A DNA stretch of 64,000 nucleotides, from positions 32,001 to 96,000 of the forward strand of contig JBIOIY010000004.1 in NCBI GenBank assembly GCA_044450345.1, in the 5' to 3' direction. A program made the position numbers and the translations under genes. Origin of the DNA: Thermodesulfovibrionales bacterium (GTDB lineage Bacteria > Nitrospirota > Thermodesulfovibrionia > Thermodesulfovibrionales > UBA6898). The notes beneath the pieces were generated by a model. That model was not told the DNA's origin. It saw nothing but the letters and a program-made list of their open reading frames with translations, and did not search any database. The first letter of the stretch is position 1; each line of letters begins with the position of its first letter. Positions 29,718 through 38,468 of the stretch are shown piece after piece.

Positions 29718-32179
29718 TGAGTGAAAAGTCGAAAACATTGGGCAGGATAGACCTTCCGGTCACCGGCATGTCCTGTGCCTCCTGTGCTGCCCATATCCAG
29801 GAAGGCCTTTCGGCGCTCGACGGCGTTCAGACCGCGTCGGTAAATTTTGCCGCTGAAAAGGCAACGGTCGTCTATGATAAATCAAAAGTAACGATGGACA
29901 GTTTCGTCAATATAGTGAAGGACCTCGGCTATGGCGTTTCGATATCTAAGATAACGCTTCCTATCAAAGGCATGTCCTGCGCATCCTGCGTGGAGGCCGT
30001 GCAGAGGACATTGAATTCTCTCGATGGAGTGGTTTCGGCATCGGTAAATTTCGCGACTGAGCAGGCGACGATCGAATACTTTCCCTCGCAGGTCGGGATA
30101 AGGGATTTCAAGAAGGCGATCAAGGACGCAGGGTACGACATCGTCGAGCCCGAGAAAGGCGAGGATGTCGTCGAAAAGGAGCAGAGGGAAAGAGAGGCCG
30201 CATACCGGGCTTTAAGGACAAAAGTGATCACCGGAGGGATCCTCACGGTCCCTTTACTGGTCCTCATGCAGTGGGACCATATCGGACTTTCGCGTCTGGT
30301 ACCATTGTCTCATCAGGCGAATTTTCTCCTTCAATTCATCATCGAAACCCCGATACAGTTCTGGATAGGATGGCGGTTCTATACCGGCGCCTTTTCCGCC
30401 GCCCGCCACAGGACGACGAATATGAATACTCTTATTGCGGTCGGCACTTCTTCCGCCTATATCTACAGCGTTATCGCGACTTTCTTCCCTTCTGTGTTTG
30501 ATATAAAGGGCTATTCGGCAGGGGTGTATTACGACACGGCCGCTACGATAGTCGTCCTCATCCTTTTGGGCAGGCTCTTTGAGGCGAGGGCAAAGGGACA
30601 GACCTCGGAGGCGATCAAGAAGTTGATGGGCCTCCAGCCGAAAACCGCGAGGGTCGTTAGAGACGGAGGGGAGGTCGATATCCCGATTGAAGAGGTCGAG
30701 ATCGGAGATATTGTGGTAGTGAGACCCGGCGAAAAGGTCCCTGTGGACGGGGTGATCAAGGAAGGGTATTCTTCCTTGGATGAGTCGATGGTGACAGGCG
30801 AGTCGATGCCCGTCGAAAAGGGGGCTGGAGACAGCGTCATCGGCGCCACGATAAACAAGACCGGGACCTTCAGGTTCGAGGCGACAAAAGTCGGACGCGA
30901 CACTATGCTCTCCCATATCATCGAGATGGTCCAGACCGCCCAGGGATCGAAACCTCCTATTGCGCGCCTTGCAGATCTGATAGCCTCGTACTTTGTGCCC
31001 GCGGTCATGGCCGCCGCCGCGCTCACCTTCGTTGCATGGTACTTCTTCGGACCCGAGCCTTCTTTCACCTATGCGATGCTCAATTTTATCGCGGTCCTCA
31101 TTATAGCCTGTCCCTGTGCGCTGGGCCTTGCGACCCCGACCTCCATCATGGTGGGGACCGGGAAGGGGGCGGAAAACGGCGTTCTGATCAGAAGCGGCGA
31201 GGCGCTCGAAACCGCCCATAAGATCACCACCGTTGTATTCGACAAGACAGGCACCCTCACAAAGGGTGAACCTGAAGTCACCGACATCGTCGAGGCCGGA
31301 CTGGGCCATAGCGATATCCTCCACTATGCGGCATCGGCCGAAAAAGGATCTGAGCATCCACTTGGAGAGGCCATCATAAATAAGGCGAGGGCAAATAATA
31401 TAGAGGTCAGGGAGCCTGAGGGATTCCAGGCTGTGCCGGGCCATGGCATAAGGGCGACTGTAGACGGAAAGGCCGTCCTTCTCGGCAACGAGAGGTTCAT
31501 GGAAGAGGAAAATATCGATATCGCCGGCCTTAAACATAAAGCGGCCGGTCTTTCGGAAGAGGGAAAGACGCCGATGTATGTCGCTGTAGACCTCAAGGCT
31601 GCAGGCATCGTGGCGGTTGCAGATTCTCTAAAGGACGATTCCATTGATGCGGTGAAGTCGCTCCACACTCTCGGCGTAGAGGTCGTGATGATGACCGGCG
31701 ACAACAGGCGCACAGGCGAGGCGATCGCGCGTCAGGCCGGCATCGACAGGGTGCTCGCGGAGGTCCTTCCCGAAGGCAAGGCAGGCGAGGTGAAGCAGCT
31801 CCAGTCCGAGTCGAAGGTGGTGGCCATGGTAGGGGACGGCATAAACGATGCCCCTGCCCTGGCGCAGGCGGATGTGGGCATTGCGATAGGCACGGGGACA
31901 GACGTTGCCATGGAGGCCGCGGACATCACCCTGATCGGCGGCAAACTCAAAGGGGTAGTTACGGCAATCTCTCTCTCGAAGGCCACCATGAGGAACATCA
32001 AACAGAACCTCTTCTGGGCGTTCGCCTATAACGTGGTCCTCATACCCGTGGCCGCGGGCGCACTCTTCCCTTTTTTCGGAATACTTTTAAATCCGATGCT
32101 GGCTGCGGCAGCGATGGGCTTTTCGTCTGTGACGGTCGTTACGAACGCCTTGAGACTCAAAAGATTCAAGGCAGCATAA
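29714..32179 (+). CDS. copA: Cu(I)-translocating P1B-type ATPase with two N-terminal HMA domains
   Basis: 2x [41 protein letters not shown] and MGFSS. Confidence 0.95.
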   Translation: MMSEKSKTLGRIDLPVTGMSCASCAAHIQEGLSALDGVQTASVNFAAEKATVVYDKSKVTMDSFVNIVKDLGYGVSISKITLPIKGMSCASCVEAVQRTLNSLDGVVSASVNFATEQATIEYFPSQVGIRDFKKAIKDAGYDIVEPEKGEDVVEKEQREREAAYRALRTKVITGGILTVPLLVLMQWDHIGLSRLVPLSHQANFLLQFIIETPIQFWIGWRFYTGAFSAARHRTTNMNTLIAVGTSSAYIYSVIATFFPSVFDIKGYSAGVYYDTAATIVVLILLGRLFEARAKGQTSEAIKKLMGLQPKTARVVRDGGEVDIPIEEVEIGDIVVVRPGEKVPVDGVIKEGYSSLDESMVTGESMPVEKGAGDSVIGATINKTGTFRFEATKVGRDTMLSHIIEMVQTAQGSKPPIARLADLIASYFVPAVMAAAALTFVAWYFFGPEPSFTYAMLNFIAVLIIACPCALGLATPTSIMVGTGKGAENGVLIRSGEALETAHKITTVVFDKTGTLTKGEPEVTDIVEAGLGHSDILHYAASAEKGSEHPLGEAIINKARANNIEVREPEGFQAVPGHGIRATVDGKAVLLGNERFMEEENIDIAGLKHKAAGLSEEGKTPMYVAVDLKAAGIVAVADSLKDDSIDAVKSLHTLGVEVVMMTGDNRRTGEAIARQAGIDRVLAEVLPEGKAGEVKQLQSESKVVAMVGDGINDAPALAQADVGIAIGTGTDVAMEAADITLIGGKLKGVVTAISLSKATMRNIKQNLFWAFAYNVVLIPVAAGALFPFFGILLNPMLAAAAMGFSSVTVVTNALRLKRFKAA

Positions 32180-32214
32180 ACCTCTTTCGAGGGGCCTCAG
32201 CCGCCTGCGTGCAA

Positions 32215-33405
32215 CTATTTTTTCTTCCTGCTTTCCCTCATCGCCGCCTTTTTTGCTTCGTCGATTACTTGCAATAGCGGGATGCCGCTTTTCTTCGCCA
32301 GCGCCTTACAGTCCTCGTACTCCGGCGAACATTTCCAGATATCTCCTAACGAAGAGACTTTTATCCCGACCTTACCGTGTTTTGTCCTCACCTGACGGGA
32401 GTATCTCTCCATCGTGACCCTCGACGCCTCGTAATATCTGACGCCGATGCTGGTTGTTTCCCGGAGTATAAGATGGATCAGGTCGTTTCGTACCGCCTCA
32501 TTGCATAGCACGCTCAGCTTCACCCCCGGCCTCATTTTCTTCATGACTGTCTGGGTCAAAGATACATCGAGGGCTCCTTTCTCGAAAAGCAGATCAACAA
32601 GATGTCCGTATACCTGGGGGTTCATGTCGTCGATATTGGTCTCTATGACCGTCACAGAGTCGTGAGACGCTTCCCCGTTGAAATCACCTATGAATATCCT
32701 GAGGACATTAGGTCTGTCTTTAAGGTCTCTGCCGCCGGCGCCTGTCCCTGTCCTCTCGGGCACGAAAAAAGGCATCTCCCCGAAACCCCTGGCTAACGAC
32801 CTCAGTATCGCCGCCCCCGTCGGTGTCGTGTACTCAAACGGTCCGCCGGAGGAATAAACAGGAACGCCCTTCAGCATTGAGATGGTTGCAGGCGCAGGCA
32901 CAGGCAGCAGGCCGTGGGCCGCAGTCACATGTCCTCCGCCGAGGTTTACAGGTGAAGAGTAAACCGCCCCCACCCCAAAAAAATCGAGACCTATCAATGT
33001 GCCGAAAACATCCACGAGGCAGTCAACCGCCCCCAGCTCGTGGAGATGTACGCCCCTGTATGGTTCGCCATGGACCTTGGCCTCGGCCTTAAAGAGCCTC
33101 TCGAAGATCCCCATACCCTGCTTTTTGATGTTATCGGGGAGAGAAGCTCTCTTAATTGTCCGTTCTATATCTTCCCATTTCTTTTCCCCTGCCTGCGCAT
33201 TGCCTTTGTCCGTCAGCACTACATCAACCTTCGTGCAGGAGAGGGATGCACGTTTCGCTTTTCTTGCAGACAGAGTGTAACCGGTCACAGGCAGCTTCTT
33301 CAGCCCCCGTTCGATTTCTTTTAAAGGCATGCCGGCGTCCACGAGCGCACCCAGACACATATCACCGCTTATACCCGAAAAACAATCAAAATATGCTAAC
33401 TTCAT
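32215..33405 (-). CDS. larC: Nickel-pincer cofactor nickel insertase
   Basis: FDCFSGISGDM, AEAKVHG, HLHELGAVD, PVPAPAT, TPTGAA, ETNIDD, MKK.RPG, PEYED. Confidence 0.93.
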   Translation of the reverse strand: MKLAYFDCFSGISGDMCLGALVDAGMPLKEIERGLKKLPVTGYTLSARKAKRASLSCTKVDVVLTDKGNAQAGEKKWEDIERTIKRASLPDNIKKQGMGIFERLFKAEAKVHGEPYRGVHLHELGAVDCLVDVFGTLIGLDFFGVGAVYSSPVNLGGGHVTAAHGLLPVPAPATISMLKGVPVYSSGGPFEYTTPTGAAILRSLARGFGEMPFFVPERTGTGAGGRDLKDRPNVLRIFIGDFNGEASHDSVTVIETNIDDMNPQVYGHLVDLLFEKGALDVSLTQTVMKKMRPGVKLSVLCNEAVRNDLIHLILRETTSIGVRYYEASRVTMERYSRQVRTKHGKVGIKVSSLGDIWKCSPEYEDCKALAKKSGIPLLQVIDEAKKAAMRESRKKK

Positions 33406-33569
33406 TAATTGCCCCGGCAGTCGCCAATTCGTAGATCATCTCCCATCAAATATATCATACCCCGAATAGTTATTCCTCAAATCGTACAGGGCTTTCTTTA
33501 AAGAGGACCCGGGTCCGCCTTGCACTGGATATCGAATCACAACAGATTGATTCTGTTATAAATTTAAAT

Positions 33570-33585
33570 TGGCATTTCTTTTGTA
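33570..33585 (+). promoter_or_regulatory. Possible sigma54-like promoter
   Basis: TGGCAtttctTTTGTA (GG-N10-GT, non-consensus -12); aacaga/tctgtt inverted repeat at 33541-33557. Confidence 0.3.
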
Positions 33586-33754
33586 TAATTTTTTGCAGGA
33601 ATATTTAGATGAAATCGATGGTGATGCGACCAGTTCAGAGCTATAATAATTTAGATATTGTAAAAGGCGGGTTTGTATTGCGAAACCGTGGGGCCTGTGG
33701 ATAAGGACCTATAGTTATATTGGATCAAAAACCAAGGATAAAAAGGAGACTACG

Positions 33755-35890
33755 ATGAAGACTTGGAGAACGGTATTTCTGGCTTTGACTTTTTTGTTAT
33801 TGCCTCTATATTCACAGGCGGCAGGTTTAGGGGACATCCGCATAAGTTATATGGAAGGCGATGTCCAGATCAAGACGCCCGACACCGATGACTGGGGTGC
33901 TGCGTCGATAAACGGACCGCTGATGGAAGGTGACCAGGTCTGGGTCCCCGAAGGCGGAAGGGTCGAGCTGCAGCTTAATACCGGGACGTATATAAGGCTC
34001 GACCAGAATTCAGCTCTTCAGATACTTTCGCTGGATAAGGACACTACCCAGTTTAATGTCTCTCAGGGGCATGCATATATTTATTTTAGCGCTCCAAGGG
34101 GGAGGGTCCTCCAGGTCGACACCCCTGACGTGTCGGCCCGCGCCTTCGACAAGGCGGTCTTCAGGGTTGATATGTCCGACCAATACCAGTATACGGATGT
34201 ATCTGTATATAGAGGATATGTCGAAGCTGAAAACGAGGTTGGCAAGACAAGGATTGGTGTTGACCAGATGGTGTCGATAGGGCAGAACACCAATGCAGAG
34301 GGGGCCCCTATTGGCCCGTCGGATGAGTGGGAGCAGTGGAACAAGTCCCGAAACGACCTCATACGCGCAACGAAGGGTACAAGCTCGCGTTACCTTCCTC
34401 CGGAATTGAGCGCTTATTCCAATGAATTCGACACCGGCGGCAGGTGGGTCGATGTCCCGGAATACGGGCATGTCTGGACGCCGACACTATCCGTAAGTGT
34501 GAGTTGGGCCCCTTACAGAGACGGCAGGTGGATATGGAGGGGCGGTGAGTATATATGGGTGTCTTCCGATCCGTGGGGTTGGGCGCCTTATCATTACGGC
34601 AGGTGGGCCTTTGTGGCCGGTGTGGGGTGGTTGTGGGTTCCGCCTGTCAGGGGTGATGTATACTGGGGTCCGGGGTATGTCGGCTGGGTCAACACCGGGG
34701 ATTATGTGGCATGGGTCCCGCTTGCTCCGGGAGAACTCTATTACGGCCGCGGCAATTACGGCCGGCACAGTGTAAATATCACTAACGTAAATATTAACCA
34801 GGTCAACGTCACCAATGTGTATAAGAACGTGAATATCAATAATGGGGTGACGGTGGTAAACCGCAACACTTTCGCCACCGCCTCGCCAAAGATAGTCAAT
34901 GTTAACAAGACCGTCATACAGCAGCAGATTTTCGTAAAGAAAAATATCAGCGTCGGCGCGCCCGCGATAAAACCTACGAAGGAGAGCTATTTCGCGTCGG
35001 CGAAGCATATATCACCTGCCAAGCTTCCGCCCCAGCCCGTCAAAAACATGCAGGTGACGCAACTAAAACAGTCGCGTCCGTTTGTTAAGGATTCCGGGAA
35101 ATCGGTCTTTAACCCGGGTGCTAAACCTAAGTCTCTGCCGCTGAGTAAAGTCACCACACCGAGAACGCCCGGTAAAGTGATACCTCAGGTTAAGACCGTG
35201 CCGGGACTTCAAGGGAAGGCCGGGGTTTCAGGCGGCCTTGCACCGAGGTCGGAAAAAGGCCAGATCAAATCGTTGGAAAAGAAGGTGGTAACGCCCGAGA
35301 GCGGCCCTGCGCCTAAGGGAGAAAAGGGCCAGATTAAGCAGTATGAAAGAAGAGCGATAACGCCTGAGGGCGGCCCTGCACCGAAGGGAGAAAAAGGCCA
35401 GATCAAACCAATGGAGAAGAAAGTGGTGACGCCTGAGGGCAGTCCTGCACCGAAGGGAGAAAAGGGCCAGTTCAACCCTATAGAGAGGAAGGCGGTAACA
35501 CATGCCCCGACCCCTGCGCCTAAGGTGGAGAAGCGTGAGTTCAAACCTGTGGAGAGGAAGGCGGTAACGCCTGAATCGGCCCCTGCGCCTAAGGTGGAGA
35601 AGCGTGAGTTCAAACCTGTAGAGAGGAAGGCGGTAACACCTGCACCGACCCCTGCGCCAAAGGTGGAGAAGCGTGAGTTCAAACCTGTAGAGAGGAAGGC
35701 GGTAACACCTGCACCGACCCCTGCGCCAAAGGTGGAGAAGCGTGAGATCAAACCTGTAGAGAGGAAGGCGGTAACACCGGAAAGTGCCCCCCCACCGAAA
35801 GGCGCTATGCCTAAGGTACAGCCGGCCGAGAAGGTGAAGCCAAAGGTTGAGGAAAAACCTAAGGAAGAGAAGAAACCTGAACAAAAATGA
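33755..35890 (+). CDS. Exported FecR-like + DUF6600-like protein with Pro/Lys-rich repeat tail
   Basis: Signal peptide; FecR-like EGDVQI...N.PL.EGD..W; WAPYRDGRW...PWGWAPYHYGRW...VAWVPLAPGE. Confidence 0.85.
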   Translation: MKTWRTVFLALTFLLLPLYSQAAGLGDIRISYMEGDVQIKTPDTDDWGAASINGPLMEGDQVWVPEGGRVELQLNTGTYIRLDQNSALQILSLDKDTTQFNVSQGHAYIYFSAPRGRVLQVDTPDVSARAFDKAVFRVDMSDQYQYTDVSVYRGYVEAENEVGKTRIGVDQMVSIGQNTNAEGAPIGPSDEWEQWNKSRNDLIRATKGTSSRYLPPELSAYSNEFDTGGRWVDVPEYGHVWTPTLSVSVSWAPYRDGRWIWRGGEYIWVSSDPWGWAPYHYGRWAFVAGVGWLWVPPVRGDVYWGPGYVGWVNTGDYVAWVPLAPGELYYGRGNYGRHSVNITNVNINQVNVTNVYKNVNINNGVTVVNRNTFATASPKIVNVNKTVIQQQIFVKKNISVGAPAIKPTKESYFASAKHISPAKLPPQPVKNMQVTQLKQSRPFVKDSGKSVFNPGAKPKSLPLSKVTTPRTPGKVIPQVKTVPGLQGKAGVSGGLAPRSEKGQIKSLEKKVVTPESGPAPKGEKGQIKQYERRAITPEGGPAPKGEKGQIKPMEKKVVTPEGSPAPKGEKGQFNPIERKAVTHAPTPAPKVEKREFKPVERKAVTPESAPAPKVEKREFKPVERKAVTPAPTPAPKVEKREFKPVERKAVTPAPTPAPKVEKREIKPVERKAVTPESAPPPKGAMPKVQPAEKVKPKVEEKPKEEKKPEQK
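35240..35791 (+). repeat. Eight tandem 69-bp (23-aa) coding repeats
   Basis: APK(G/V)EK...ERKAVTP...P units counted in the translation. Confidence 0.9.
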
Positions 35891-35988
35891 GGTCCGCTGA
35901 GCAGCAGGAAACAGGACCCGCATGGTGGTGATAATCCGTCGGGGAAGAGAATACATCTCTCCCCCGACGTGCGTGAAAAGGAGCGCCG

Positions 35989-36705
35989 ATGGACATGACG
36001 GCAGAGGCCCTTCGTATCAAATCGCTTGAAGATCTCATAGAAAAAAACAGAGGCAGGACGGTCTTTCTCGAGCATGAAGTCAAAGGTCTTCTGAAAGGCA
36101 TGGGGGTGCCGGTGCCTGAAGGAGTATTCCTGGGCAGAGATGAGATCGCGGCAGGACCTCATGCCGCCCTGTCGTCTCTCAAGACACTGTCATATCCTCT
36201 TTTTGCAAAGGTTTCTTCATCGGAGATAACGTCGAAGACCGATGTCCATGGAGTAAGGGCCGGCATAAATAATGAGTCTGAACTGGCCCGGGCCATACAG
36301 GAACTATCGGGTATTGAACGTGCGGAAGGCGTGCTTGTGGAGGAGATGGCTCCGCAGGGAGTAGAAGTCATTGTCGGAGGGATTATCGACAGACAGTTCG
36401 GCCCGGTGGTGATGTTCGGACTTGGAGGAATATTTGTTGAACTGTTTAAGGACGTTTCGTTCGGTCTTGCCCCCCTCTCGGGGAAGGATGCATTGAGGCT
36501 TATCGGGGAAGTGAAGGGCTACAGGCTCCTGGAGGGCTTTAGGGGAAGACCGCCCGTTGATATTGATGCGTTAGCGGCTGTTATTGTGAAGGCTTCGGAA
36601 TTGACGGCAACCGGCCTGATTGAAGAGATAGACCTCAATCCAGTGGCTGTGTACTCAAAAGGCGCGTTGGTGCTCGATGCCAAGATATCGTTGCGACGAC
36701 AGTGA
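35989..36705 (+). CDS. ADP-forming acyl-CoA synthetase beta subunit (ATP-grasp)
   Basis: KTDVHGV, VLVEEM, FGPVVMFGLGGIFVE, EIDLNPV. Confidence 0.88.
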   Translation: MDMTAEALRIKSLEDLIEKNRGRTVFLEHEVKGLLKGMGVPVPEGVFLGRDEIAAGPHAALSSLKTLSYPLFAKVSSSEITSKTDVHGVRAGINNESELARAIQELSGIERAEGVLVEEMAPQGVEVIVGGIIDRQFGPVVMFGLGGIFVELFKDVSFGLAPLSGKDALRLIGEVKGYRLLEGFRGRPPVDIDALAAVIVKASELTATGLIEEIDLNPVAVYSKGALVLDAKISLRRQ

Positions 36706-36750
36706 AATCGCTTTAGCTGGGGGCGAGAATCTTCCCCCGTCATTGCCCAG

Positions 36751-37215
36751 CGGGGCTTTGCCCCGGACCCCAGTTAGCTGTGGAACCTCCTTCGGAGCTT
36801 CGATACAAGGAATGTTTATCCTTGAATTCGCTCGCCTAAAGCTCGCTATCAATCTCTTAGTGGATAAGAAAGCTAACGTAAAGAAGTCCGCCCCAACGAA
36901 AATGGAACCTCCTGCGGAGCTTCGATGCAAGGAATGTTGACTCTTTACATCTGCTCGCTCTGAACTCGCTATCCATCTCTTCACGGTTTCTTCTGTCGGC
37001 CTCGGTAGATTTTAGGAACTCGTCCGCCGTGGCGGACTCAGACAGCCTAAAATCTTTAACCCTCGCCCTCTGTTACAAACCTAAATTTTCGAAGGGGAAT
37101 AAAAGAAGTAAAAAACACGGTGTCATTCCGGCTTGTCCGGAATCCTTCTTCGTCATTCCCGCGCAGGCGGGAATCCAGGTCTTATTCAGTTAGCCGGGCT
37201 TTGCCCCACGCCCCG
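36751..37215. repeat. Cluster of intergenic repeats
   Basis: Degenerate ~78-bp direct repeat 36781-36858 / 36903-36981; 27-bp inverted match 37076-37102 to 44761-44787; GTCATTCC palindromes 37122-37145 and 37152-37178; gggctttgcccc at both ends. Confidence 0.75.
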
Positions 37216-37264
37216 ATTATCCTGCATTGCAGATCAAGTGGAAAAAGTTTATAAATAATGCGGG

Positions 37265-37558
37265 CTAATCCTTCGTCTCTGGCTTTAGTTCTTTATTCCC
37301 GTGATTGTCTCTGCCGCTTCGGTTACCTGTCTCGCCGTGCCGGGGCCGCATAAGGCGTCGGACAAAAAAAACTATGCCGAGAACGGCTGCAATCCAGAAT
37401 ACCGACAGGATTATGGTCATGCCTGTTCCGAGGCCGGGACGTTCGTCAATGACGTGGGCAAAGACATGAGGAGGACCGATAATGGAGACGGCGGCCCCGA
37501 TCAGTGCCACGCCGGCTTTTTCAAGGCGTTTCTTCATTTCACTTACCACCATCTCCAC
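37265..37558 (-). CDS. Small hypothetical membrane protein (start uncertain)
   Basis: Signal-like segment ending VFAH, then one TM; co-oriented with the upstream gene. Confidence 0.5.
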   Translation of the reverse strand: MEMVVSEMKKRLEKAGVALIGAAVSIIGPPHVFAHVIDERPGLGTGMTIILSVFWIAAVLGIVFFVRRLMRPRHGETGNRSGRDNHGNKELKPETKD

Positions 37559-38448
37559 AGTGCGATTACGAAGACGATGAGGAACGTAAAGGCCAGGTTC
37601 ATGTAGGCAAAGAAATAAAAGAGCCTTTCATGAAATGGTCGCGATGCTTTTACCGCGGTAACTGTGAGGGTGCCCGCCACCGGCATAGCAAGCACTTTTT
37701 CTTCTCCATGGGGTGCGGTTTTTAAAAGTTCGGTAAGGTCGTTCCCCGCATTATGTTTTTTTAAATGTGATCCGCCTTTCCAGAGCTTACTGCCCGTAAC
37801 ATCGTACAGGGTGCCGTTGTATGCGACATACGCCGGTCTTCCTTCTCTTCCGTCGAAATGGGACAGCTCCTCTGCCGAGTATTTCCCGTCGGTCTTTCTT
37901 TCGGCGTTCCTCCGCTGCCTCAGGCGCGGGCCGATAAATAGCGTCACGATCACGGCGCTTAATAACATAATCAGGAAGAGCGCTATCTTAACGCTCAGGA
38001 GGATGCCGAATCTCGTTGAATAAAAGGCCCTCCACGAAGGGATCCTTGCAATTGTGAGGAAGACGCCCGTGATCGAAATCAACGCCATAGATATCCAGCC
38101 CAGAAGAAGTTCACCCCTGGGGAGCCCTTTCGACGCGTAGGCCGGTTTGAGGAGTATATGGACGTATAGGATCGTCCCGAACCACATGATCGCGGTCATG
38201 AGGTGCACATATCCTACTATCAGGCGCACTACCTTCTGGACTTCAGTCAGGGGTTTGTAGACGCCTTCGATCTTAAGCTCGTCGCGATACTTCTTCCCTG
38301 CATCGGTCAGAAGGCCTCCTCCGTTCACATCTATATGGCAGTCTCCGCATTGACGTCCTGTTTGACGGGCGTATTCAGTTGTGGCAGAGGAAAACGCAGG
38401 CGAAAGAAGAATGGAGACCGCGAAGATGCCCCGGAGATATCGCTTCAT
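37543..38448 (-). CDS. Monoheme cytochrome c - CopD-like TM - cytochrome b5-like fusion
   Basis: CGDCH; TM block with YVHLMTAIMWFG; FDGREGRPAYVAYNGTLYDVT...HNAGNDLT...APHG. Confidence 0.78.
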   Translation of the reverse strand: MKRYLRGIFAVSILLSPAFSSATTEYARQTGRQCGDCHIDVNGGGLLTDAGKKYRDELKIEGVYKPLTEVQKVVRLIVGYVHLMTAIMWFGTILYVHILLKPAYASKGLPRGELLLGWISMALISITGVFLTIARIPSWRAFYSTRFGILLSVKIALFLIMLLSAVIVTLFIGPRLRQRRNAERKTDGKYSAEELSHFDGREGRPAYVAYNGTLYDVTGSKLWKGGSHLKKHNAGNDLTELLKTAPHGEEKVLAMPVAGTLTVTAVKASRPFHERLFYFFAYMNLAFTFLIVFVIALWRWW

Positions 38449-38468
38449 GGACAGACTTTTTAAAAAGG

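Noticed and set aside
29289..29794. Minus-strand ORFs of 149 aa and 95 aa
   Set aside because: Antisense shadows of the selenoglutaredoxin and the family A repeat; no recognisable domain
30254..31537. 427-aa minus-strand ORF, and similar ones such as 38379-39539 and 45131-46102
   Set aside because: Shadow ORFs opposite well-supported genes, expected with GC-rich codon bias
35209..36162. Long repetitive minus-strand ORFs (317 aa and 242 aa)
   Set aside because: Antisense to the 69-bp coding repeats, which lack stops on that strand
36781..36981. CRISPR array
   Set aside because: Only two long degenerate units, no regular repeat-spacer pattern and no cas genes
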